Shown piece by piece: positions 38,121-48,900 of a stretch of DNA of 64,000 nt. Position 1 is the stretch's first letter. Every line of letters begins with the position of its first letter. Location of the stretch: contig JBHGNT010000022.1 in assembly GCA_043228905.1 (NCBI GenBank), forward strand, positions 9,486,001-9,550,000. The letters run 5' to 3'. Source of the DNA: Azolla caroliniana (taxonomy: Eukaryota; Plantae; Polypodiophyta). The notes beneath the pieces were generated by a model. The model saw only the letters and a program-made list of their open reading frames with translations. It was not told where the DNA came from and made no database searches. Made by a program: the position numbers and the translations under genes.

Positions 38121-38956
38121 TTGCATGTACAAACCATGTCAAACACACAATAACCCTAAATAGTCGGAAAAAAACTCATCCATGTCAAACACACAGACAA
38201 TAAAAACAGACGGATAGGAAAGTCAAAGAAAACGAAAACATTGTAAATCATCATAGCCAACTCCATCACATCGCATGTACAAGCCATGTCAAACACACAA
38301 AAACCCAAAATAGTCGGAAAAACACTCATCCATGTCAAACTCACACAAAATAAAACAGATGGACAGGAAACAAGAACAAAACGAAAACATAGCAACTCAT
38401 CATAGCCAACTCCATTTACGTTGCATGTACAAACATGTCTAACACACAACCACCTCGATCAAAATATTGTCATACATTTTTAAAAGAAACACAGAGAAAC
38501 ACAGAGAAAACAAAAACATACCAGTTGGGCATGCAACACATAGACTATGAATAATCAAACCCTAAAAATGGCCATACACATGCAAATAAAAAACAGACAC
38601 ACAGGAAACATTCAGAAAAAGAAAACATACCAGTTGGGCATGCAACACAGAGAATACCTGGAGGTCGTACAACTTGCAGAGGTACCACACCGTGTTGATT
38701 TCGACTAACGAGGCTGCTGCAGAGGAGACAAACGAGCATAGACAGAGGAAACAAACGAGCATACACAAGGAAGGAAAATCAACAACACATACAACGAGCA
38801 GGGGAAACAAAAATATCTGCGTATAAAGAGTTCAGAGATCGAACCTGGCACAGAGGGGAACACAAGAACAACTATGCGGGGAAACAGAGAATCGAAGGTG
38901 GAGTGAGAGAGAGAAACAGAAAGAAAGAAAGAAACAGAGCTTTGAAGGTGGAGTGA

Positions 38957-39111
38957 GAAAGAAAGAAAGAAAGAAAGATATATTAACGTCTTCTAAGGCC
39001 AAAATTGGCCCATGAGACAAATGGTTTACAACAAAAATGGGATATTTACCCATTCATCGAAGTAAAAATAAAAATAAGATGAAAAATAGAGTTTAAGCTA
39101 AATAGTTCTAA
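38957..39111 (-). mobile_element. Short 3'-UTR copy of the RTEX-like LINE
   Basis: Near-identical to ~12985-13122 (GAAAGATATATTAACGTCTTCTAAGG..CCCATGAGACAA..), in a GA/GAAA-rich tract. Confidence 0.75.
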
Positions 39112-39194
39112 CAGAGAAAGAGAGAGATAGACCTGTAACAGATATGTCGTCTTTCTTTAACTTTCTGCCACTGTCTGTCTGACAACTTCGAGAC

Positions 39195-39236
<42 letters not shown>

Positions 39237-40635
39237 GTGAGAGAGAGAGAGACATACCAATTGACACGTTCGACTACCCATACCAGAGAGAGAGAGAGAG
39301 AGATATACTGAGACTGACCAACTGTCACAATGGATACCTTCTCCAGGTGTGCTTTCGTACAACTCTACCTAGGAGACTGGGGCAACAATTAATGTATTAA
39401 ATATGGCCTAGGGACATTTTGAGTGTGACATACAATATCTTTGTGCATTCGAGTGTGACGTAATGAATTTGTTTTTTGTTTTTTAAAACTTATTTACAAT
39501 TTTTAATGTTTATTTTCTTCTTCGATTTAGTACTAAATTTTTGGCCAAAAGTTGGTACACCGTAGCATGCTTCGACCTGTAACTAAAATAACATTTGATC
39601 ATGTTTTATATATAAAGATAATATTAACAACACATGATAATATTATATATATGTAAAGAAAAATAATATATATATATAGATAAATATATTATATTACACG
39701 AACAAGAGAGGACTTGAACCAATAACCCCACCCTATGACTCTCAAATCTTACCATTTATTCTATACTAGTAATATATATAAAATAAAGCATACTTTATAT
39801 ATACTTTATATTACATAAAGGATTTGCTTCATGATATAAAAATAAAGTTGTATATTGTATTCAATAGTATTTTGAGACTCAAACCCACAACCTCATACAC
39901 CAAAGTCAACACACCTACCATTAGGCTAGGCCCTTTCTCTTTAAGATTATATTTTGATGTTTATTGTTATTCCAGATATTGGTTCATACATAAAAGCTCA
40001 AATGAACGAGATGTTTATCATGCATCACATGTAATGCATGAACGCCAAATGGCGATCATGCATCACATGCATGACTTGTACCCTCCAATGCATCATATGC
40101 ATGGGGGCACCTATTTAAATGGTGAAAGAGAAGATCAAAGGGGGATATGTATAAGATATCAATCAAATTATGTATTACATAAGAGATACCATAAAAATAG
40201 AGAAAGAAGGGACGAAGTTTAATATAAACGTGGAGCTCTAGCTTGGCGGTCGTGGTGGTCGACTCTCAACAAGAGGGAGGCGGTTCGAGCCTTATCTTCA
40301 TCAAAATATTGAAGTGAAGATTGTAGTGGTCTACGATCAAGAAAGAGAAGAGCGATTACCTTGCAAGACAAAGTTCGGAGGTTCAACGATGACAATCATT
40401 TTGTAACTCTTTCATGAAAATGATTATAAATTTCATACACTTTCTCATCTTATATCTTATCTTGTCTTATCTTATATTCCTTAAAAATCCTATTTTGTCA
40501 TATCTTATTGATCTCTATTCACTCTATCTCTACTCTTTCGTCTCTTCTGTCCATAATCCCTGTGATTCCTTCCTCACTTTCACGTTATCCTTTGTGTGCG
40601 CAACGCTCCGCTTCTAGGCAAGCCACGTCACGACA

Positions 40636-41615
40636 CCGCCTCTTCCGAAGTTCACTCGTAGCGGCTTTCGGGTCTCGCTTGAGTGAATCATGTTGCCGTC
40701 CAAATAGACGACATTCTTGCGAATCTCGTCTTGCAAGTCAGTGCACTCCCTTCGTGAGTGCTCGAAGCTGTCGCACCACACACATCTATATGCTTCTTTT
40801 CCCTTTGACCCGTGTCGACCTAAGTTGGCCAATGATAGCGCTTCAAACTTCTTGGAGAGCTCTTCGATTATAGATTCCTCCATCGCTTTCTTGTCGAAAT
40901 TGTTGATCGGCTTGTTAAACTCAATCGTCACAGGTGCATTCCTCCTCCACGATTGTGGATTCTCCATATCAGTTTCCTCTTGCCATTGTCGACGCTTATC
41001 AAGACGACTACAAGCCTTCTTCACCGCCGCCCAGTCCGCCACCAAGTCATTTGGTTGTGTTTCATCCTCCAAAAAGTTATCCAATTCACGCCGATCTTTG
41101 GCATCCACTGCCTTCAGGAATAGTAGGACTTTATCTCCATCGAGAACTCGTTGATCAACACTCGGAAGTCGGTTATACTTCTGGTCGAATTCGGCATATA
41201 CTCCAGACGCACACATATTCTTCCCTTTCTTCTCGATCCAAGACATTAGCGTATGTCGAGTCATCCGCGATGCGTCTTCAAGCATGTATTCGGCGAGAAG
41301 CGCCTTTTCAAACTCCGCCCAAGTTGCATGTTCGCTTTGGATCTCCATGATGCGCTCGCGGATCTGTGGTTCCACCACACGTTTGAAGCTAGAAATTTGT
41401 TTGAGATCGTTGACATCCCTTTGTTGCATCTCGTTCCGATAGGTAGCAAGAAGATCCATGATGTTCTTGCCACCAAATCGTCCAGCTATCTCGACCGTAC
41501 GATCAACAACTTTGTCGATTAAAGCTTCTCGATCTCTCACCTTCAGCATGTATTCCACTATGGACACCATACCTTTTGTTAATTCCTCTCCTTGAGTTCC
41601 GCTTGTTGAAGCCAT
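40636..41615 (-). pseudogene. Gypsy F gag N-part (interrupted by H)
   Basis: MASTSGTQGEELTKGMV..CVWCDSFEHSRREC, highly similar to D gag. Confidence 0.9.
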
Positions 41616-42311
41616 TGTTGCACTTGATATCCTTCCTATCGCCTCTTTCACGTTGGGTTCACCACTTGATGTCGCGAAGTTTCGCGCGTGCGTGTGCTAC
41701 TCGAGCGACCACCGGGGCCTTGGACTGGGGAGGACTTTCGCGGAATTATCGAAGAGATGACGATCAATGTAAGATTGGATGAAATTTGTTCGCTTGAGAA
41801 GAAGAAAGATTGTACACTTGAGAAGTAGAAAAATATGAAGAAGATAAAGACGAATATAATTATATTGATGATAGTGGTGTTGGTGATATCACATATTGAG
41901 CCCCCCTTACACAAGCTCAAGTAGAGGCTTTTGTAGGTCTTTCCATGCTTGTGACATGCACAAAACCATGGGCTAAAACCATGGTTTTGTGCACACGGTT
42001 TTGCTTATGTCATGCACAAACCATGGGTTTAGAATCATGGTTTTGTGCACATGGTTTTCTATGGTTGTTTCGTCTATAATTTGTATATGAAAAGGAAATA
42101 CATAAAATCTACACTATATGATAGTTGTCCTAGTGGTAAGGCAAATATCTTGTATCTTAGAGGTGTAAGGTTCAAACCTTGCTTGCACCCCTCTGTATGG
42201 ACTCAAGTGCCACTAGGCTTTAGGAGGCTTATTTGCTAAGTGTATGTGCAATGTTGCACATCCTTCGTTTATTCGTCTCACTCGGTTTCACACCATAGCC
42301 GAAAATCGTCA

Positions 42312-44806
42312 ATTACGGCCATTGTGAAAGGGAAAGAACTCCCCGACACAATAATAGACAGAGGCTCCAGCGTTAATGTGATCAGCCTCCGGACATGCGA
42401 TGCTCTTGGAATCCGAGAGTGGGAGCCATGTCCGTTCTGGCTCCGAATGGTTGACACAAGTTCGGTGCGACCGACAGGATTAATACGGAATATGGAAGTA
42501 GCCATCGAGGGCCACACATTCCGAATCTCAGTTGTAGTTCTCCAGTTGCAGGCTCAAGGAGCGTACCCATTATTGTTGGGACGTCCTTGGTTAAAAACGG
42601 CACATATCAAGCAGAACTAGAGGAGGAATATGATTACGTTCCAGCGGGGAAAAGCGAAGGTACGGGTACCAACACAACAAAGGAAGGGCACCGGCAAGGA
42701 CCTGACACCGTTATATGCGGAGTGTGTCAATATGCTGGAGGGATTAGCAGACGAGGAAGAAGAGCAGTACTTGCTAGAGAACCCGAAGATTGTACCCCTC
42801 TTCGAAATTGATGTCGCGGAAGCGGTATCACCCTACTTACTGCAACTGGACGAAACCAAAGCGGAACCGGATAAAGAAGTAATTCGGGAGTTACGGCATG
42901 CGCAGTAGGCATTGGAAAGGGAAATGGCTGTATCCCAATGCATAAAAGCATCCCAGTTAGAAGAGGTAAATCTAGGAACGGCGGAGGAGGCAAAACTGGT
43001 GCACATCGCCAAAGAAATGAATGCAGAGAACAAAAAGGCGATAATTACACTCCTCAACGAGTTTCGCGACGTCTTTGCCTGGTCGTACGAGGATATGAGA
43101 GGCCTGGATCCTCAGTTGTATCAGCACCAGATACATCTGAGCAAAGACGCCAAGCCGGTGGCACAACGGCGGTACCGGATGAACCCAAACTACGCCGCCA
43201 AAGTCAAGGAGGAGATCGACAAATTACTGAGGGTCGGCTTCATTCGGCCCGTAAAGAAATCTACATGGTTGAGCCCGATTGCAGTCGTACCGAAAAAGAA
43301 CAGAAAAATTAGAGTTTGTGTCGACTACCGGAAGCTCAATGCGTCAACGGTAACGGATGCATTTCCCCTTCCGTTTCCGGATGGAGTTTTGGATGCCGTC
43401 GCCGGCCATGAAGTCTACAGTTTCTTAGACGGATTCAGCGGGTATAATCAGATCCAGATGCACCCTGAGGATCAAGAGAAAACGGCTTTCGTCACCGAAT
43501 GGGGAGTGTTTGTTGCGGTGGTGATGATGTTCGGGCTGAAAACGGCACCAACAACATTCCAACATATCATCATGGAGATCTTTGGCGAATACATACCGGC
43601 TTTTATGTAGGTGTTCCTTGACGACTTCGCCGTCTATAGTAGAGAAGAAGATCATTTGCAGCATCTCAGACTATGTCTAGAGAAGTGTAGGGCGTACCGG
43701 CTAAGCAAGGAAGGCATTGCCGTAGATCCGGACAAAATGAAAGCAATCTGGGAAGCACCGGCCCCGACAACGGCAAAGGCATTGAGCCGTTTCCTAGGAC
43801 AAATCCGCTGGCATAGCCGTATGCTTCGATATTTGGCAGACCTGGCTACACCTCTACATACGGCAGTACATCGAACACCGTTCCAATGGACCGACATCGA
43901 AGACAAGGCATACCGGGCACTAAAGTTGTTATTGTCACAAGCACCGGTAGTGCAGCCTCCCGATTGGAATAAAGAGTTTCATGTGTTCATGGACGCTTCC
44001 GATATCGCAATCGGCAGCGCGCTCATGCAGCTTACCGAGCGAAGGTGGTACCGGCCAGTGTACTATGCCAGCCGGAAGCTAACCCAAGCGGAACAAAATT
44101 ATTCTGCCACGGAAAGGGAAGCTTTAGGAATGATCTACAATGTAACAAAATTCAGGCATTATTTATTGGGAAGAAAGTTCTCCTTTCATGTAGATCATTC
44201 GGCACTCCTCTACCTAGTATCCAAAGCATCACTTACCGGTAAGTTGGCCCGGTGGACTTTGTTGTTGCAAGAGTTCAAATTCGAGATATTCCACCAACCC
44301 GGCATACAACATGCGGTAGCAGATTAACTAAGCCGGTTAGATTCTGAGGAGACAGGTGACGGAGTACCGGACGAGTTTCCGGATGCAGAGCTTTTTTGAG
44401 TCACCACGAAAATGGCAACAGATGGAACGGTGGCACAAGAAGATAAGTGGCTAACTAATATGCACTAGTTTCTGAGTACCGGATTGCCTTCGGAGGAGAT
44501 GAACCGGGACGAGAGAAAACGCCTGGCGGTACAGAGCTGACACTTCTGTTTACTACAGGACACGCTATACCACAAAGGTGCGGACGGTATCTGGCGAGGA
44601 GCGGTGCGCAATGCCGAGAAGGAGGTAATACTATGGGAGGCACACTGCGGAGTCGCCGGAGGCCATTATGCCGGAGATGCGACGGCAAGGAAAGTATGGC
44701 AAAGTGGCCTATGGTGGCCAACCACATTGAAAGATGCAGTCCGGTATGCGAAGGAGTGTGATCTATGCCAACGAATGGGTTCTATGCGGTAGTACATAAA
44801 AGAAGC
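42312..44806 (+). pseudogene. Gypsy E PR-RT-RH-IN(N-part)
   Basis: IIDRGSSVNV, LLLGRPW, CVDYRKLN, LDGFSGYNQ, FLDD, DASD, H..GGHY..CDLC; stops and deletions. Confidence 0.9.
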
Positions 44807-45626
44807 TGTTGAAAACCAGTGCTCGGCCACAACCGAGGAACTGGATCGATCAACTCACAGAAAACGGGAAATACAATATGCACGAAGACAACTGAGAGAA
44901 AGGTACACAGGATGTTTTACGTGGAAAACCCTAAATGGGAAAAACCACGGGAGTCCTCAAACTCCAACTATCAGTATAAACAGAGGTGTACAATGGTGAA
45001 GCTACAAGGCAACAACCTTGAGCTCACTGTCTTCGCCACAGGCGGCGGTAATACACAGAGGCAACGACCTCTTCGTCTCTCTCTCTTTCTCTCTCTCGGC
45101 TGCTCTCTTCGCTCTCTCTAAGTGAGAAACAGAAAAATGAGCAACAACACATAAACTGTTTGCCCTAAGTCATATTTATACACATATGACTTTCGGGCTA
45201 TTTACAAAATATAGCCTCAATGGCTCTTAGCAAACATATTCACAAATATGTCCCTGCATCCGGATCTCTCTCCGGGTACATTCATCATCCGGCTCCGTAG
45301 CCGGGGTCTTCAGCATCCAGCTCCGTAGCCGGGGTCTTCATCATCCGGATCCGTATCCGGGTACTCTTCATCCGGCTTCATGCCGGGTGGTCTTCATCAT
45401 CCGGTTCCGTAACCGCAACCGGGCTTGCCGTCATTTATCTCCGGGGACATCCCATCCGGAGGGACCGAAATCCCAACAAACTCCCCCTTCACTTGTCAGG
45501 AACTCTATTAAGGCAGAGAAGGAATTAGTACTAAAAGAAGGATTAGTACTATTGTTGGGGAATAGTACTAAGACAGAGAAGGATTAGTACTATGAGAGGT
45601 GTCGAACTTTGAGAGAAGGAATGAGT

Positions 45627-45662
<36 letters not shown>

Positions 45663-45951
45663 TGATGCGAAAGATATATGTATTATATGACGGAAGATAT
45701 ACAACAGTAGTTAGAAGGCTTAAGACTGGCGTTGAACCGATTTGGTTCGAACTAATGCCTTGCGCCTCCTTTTATAGTGTCTTCAGGAATACTCCTGAAG
45801 TTTCTAGAATGTTCCAGAGAAATCTGGAATATACATCAATTTCCTAATAAAACCTAAATGAAAATAATATCCTTCAAATTACAACTCATAACCTAATGGT
45901 AAAGTCTCGACCCGTGTAACAAAAGGTTATGGGTTCGAGTCTCGAGTCTAG

Positions 45952-48900
45952 TTATGACACTATCCCCCCTTTAAAACGACGAGTTTCACGAGTCGTTTTG
46001 GATTGAGGACCCGGTTTCTCGGGATATCGTCGATGGAAGTCTTCTAGAAGAGCACGAGCATTGGTCACATTCTCGATCGGTTCCCAAGTACGCTCGCTGG
46101 GACTATATCCTAGCCAATCGACTAGATAGTAGAGCTTGTTGCGAACAATCTTGGAATCGAGGATGGCAGCGACCTCATACTCAGGTCCATCTTCGAGCTC
46201 GATAGGAGGTGGAGGTTGTATAGTACGTCCTGGGATGGTGCTCTCGTGATAGGGTTCGAGGAGAGAACTATGAAACACCGGGTGTATCCGAAGTTGCGGA
46301 GGTAGCTCGAGACGAAAAGCGACATCATTAATCTTCCCGATAATACGGAAAGGACCTAATCGTCGATAATCCAACTTCTCACATGGGCGAGTAGTCTTGA
46401 TGTGTCGTCGTAGCAGCCACACCCGATCTCCAATGTTAAAACTGGATGGAAGTCGATGACGATCTGCGTAGTCCTTGTGTGATTGTTGAGCTTGCTGGAG
46501 TTGAGTAGATAAATCCGCTTGTATCTTGCGTAACCGCTCCAAACGATCCTCCGCGCAAGGATTTGTGGACACTTCTGGGGTTTCAAGGACACACCACCGG
46601 GGATGATATCCCGTATAAGCGTAGAATGGCGTGACTTTAGTCGATGCGTGGATAGCGTTATTATAGGCAAATTCGGCGAACTGAAGAATATCTGCCCAGT
46701 CATTCTGATGATAGTTGAGAAAGCACCGCAGATACTGCTCCAGTGTTTGATTTGTTCGTTCGGCTTGACCGTCGGTTTGTGGGTGGTAGCCGGAGGAGAG
46801 GTTACAAGTGACCTTCAGCATTTTAAAAAGGTGCTTCCAGAATTTTGACACAAACTGGGGTCCACGATCGCTGATGATATTATCAGGGAGTCCATGATGC
46901 CGACATACTTCCCGCATGACAATTTCGGCGGTGTCTTCACTAGATATTTCTTTAGTACATGGTAAGAAATGAGCCATCTTCGTATATCGATCCACCACTG
47001 TGAGAATCGCACTGAATCCCTTAGAGACTGGAAGATCTGTAATGAAGTCAAGAGCAATGGATTGCCATGGCTTGCTTGGAATTGGTAATGGTTCTAATAA
47101 ACCATATGGATGATGTCTTGGCATTTTCGCTCTGCAGCATGTATCGCAAGTCCGAACAAAATCTTCGACAAATTGTCGCATACGGGGCCACCAGAATGAT
47201 CGTTGTACTAAATCTAATGTTTTAGTACTACCAAAATGTCCTGCTGTATATGTGTCATGGCAGTTTTGTACTACTCGAAGGCGGCAAGAACCATTAGGAA
47301 CATACAAAAGTTCTTTAAAGAAGAGTAATCCATCACAGTATTTGAATTGCCGATAATCCGTACCTGGTGATTGTGATTGTGAACATGACGCTCGAGAGGG
47401 GTCAATTTGTGCTAGTATAGCTTGGGCGAAAGCGTCAGTCTTCAAGTCCTCACGTATAGTATTGGTAATGTCGGAATCCACGGGCATGTCAAAGATCTGT
47501 GCTGCTTGCAGTCGTGCTGGACCCAAGATTACTTGCTTCTGGTTATCGAAAGCTGGCTCACCGGGACGTGGTGTTAGATACGAACGCCGTGATAATGCAT
47601 CTGCCTTCCCTTGGTGCTTCCCCGGACGATATGTAATTTTGAAGTCGAAGCGTGTGAGGAAGTGGGCCCACCGAGCTTGACGTCGATTCAGTACACGAGC
47701 ATCTTGAAAGTAGGCAAGGTTCTTGTGGTCACTGAATACAGTGACCTGATGAGGAGATCCCTCCAGGAAATGCCTCCATTGCATAAAAGAATCAACTATT
47801 GCTAATAGCTCTTTATCATGAATTTCGTAGTTGATTTCGGCGGCGTCAAACTTACGGGAGTGGAAAGCCACAGGATGTAGCTTCTCGTCGTTACCCTGTT
47901 GTGACAGAATGCTCCCCAATGCGAAATCCGATGCATCAGCTTCGATAATGAATGGTTTTTCCGGATCCACATGACCTAAAATTGGAGCTGATGTAAACGC
48001 CTTCTTAAGACTCTCGAAAGCCATGTCCGTCTCTTTAGACCAAATGAATGATTGTCCCTTCCTGGTGAGCTGTGTGAGAGGCAGCACAATTTTTGAGTAA
48101 TTTTGTATGAACTTCCGGTAGAAATTTGCAAAGCCTAGGAAGCATTGCACATCCCGCACCGAACGCGGAGTGTGCCATTCTATCACCGTTTTGACCTTGG
48201 CTGGGTCCATAGATATGCCTTCTGAGGAGATGACATAGCCGAGAAACTCCACTTGGTTGCACCCGAAACTACATTTCTCTAATTTTGCATACAGACCATG
48301 TTCTCGAAGTCGTTTTAGTACTAATAGTACATGAGAATCATGTTCTTCTTGGGTCTTTGAATAAACCAGTAGATCATCCAAATAGATGATCAAAAAATCA
48401 TCCAAGAGATCTCGAAATATATCATTCGCCATGTGCTGGAAGACTGCCGGCGCATTAGTGAGTCCGAACGGCATGACCGTATACTCGAAGTGCCCATATC
48501 TGGTGCGAAACGCGGTCTTCCATTCATCTCCTGGTCGGATCCGTACGAGGTTATAGGCTCCTCGTAAGTCGATCTTCGTGAAGAACCTGGCACCGTTGAT
48601 CCGTTCTAAAAGACTTGAGATAAGGGGAAGAGCATACCTATTTCTTACTGTGACCTTATTCAAGCCACGGTAATCTACAACGAGTCGAAGCGAGCCATCT
48701 TTTTTCTTGACGAAGAAAATGGGTGCGCCGGCTGGAGATTTCGAATGCCGAATGAAACCGTTCTCCAAATTCTCCTCTATATAGGCTCGAAGGACTTCTA
48801 GCTCGGTTGGTGACAAATTGTAGATCGGCCCCCATGGCGGCTCTTTTCCCGGTTGTAAGTCGATGGCGCAGTCGTACGGCCGATGATGAGGAAGTGTGTT

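Larger units (their letters stand above)
32646..39578 (+). mobile_element. Sola2-like DNA transposon (6.9 kb)
   Basis: 26-bp TIRs GGGTCGAAGCACGCTACGGTGTACCA (32646-32671) / TGGTACACCGTAGCATGCTTCGACCT (39553-39578); 4-bp TSD GTAA; DDD-type transposase. Confidence 0.8.
32591..40635. mobile_element. Solo LTR H (~1.1 kb without the Sola insert), TGTCG/CGACA group
   Basis: TGTCGTGA...TCACGACA; 4-bp TSD CCGC on both sides; removal restores F gag (compare D 24041-24060). Confidence 0.85.
29668..42311 (-). mobile_element. Gypsy F (gag close to D, different LTR), internally deleted
   Basis: LTRs 29668-30314 and 41670-~42311; PBS-Trp revcomp 41647-41664; PPT revcomp at 30315; left flank CCGG; right terminus lost by a small deletion. 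Confidence 0.88.

Noticed and set aside
33850-38203. Host gene with introns
   Set aside because: Enclosed by TIRs and a TSD inside a solo LTR, with transposase catalytic motifs
45885-45950. Functional tRNA genes at the A/B-box cassettes
   Set aside because: No convincing acceptor or anticodon stems; reported only as tDNA-like promoter motifs
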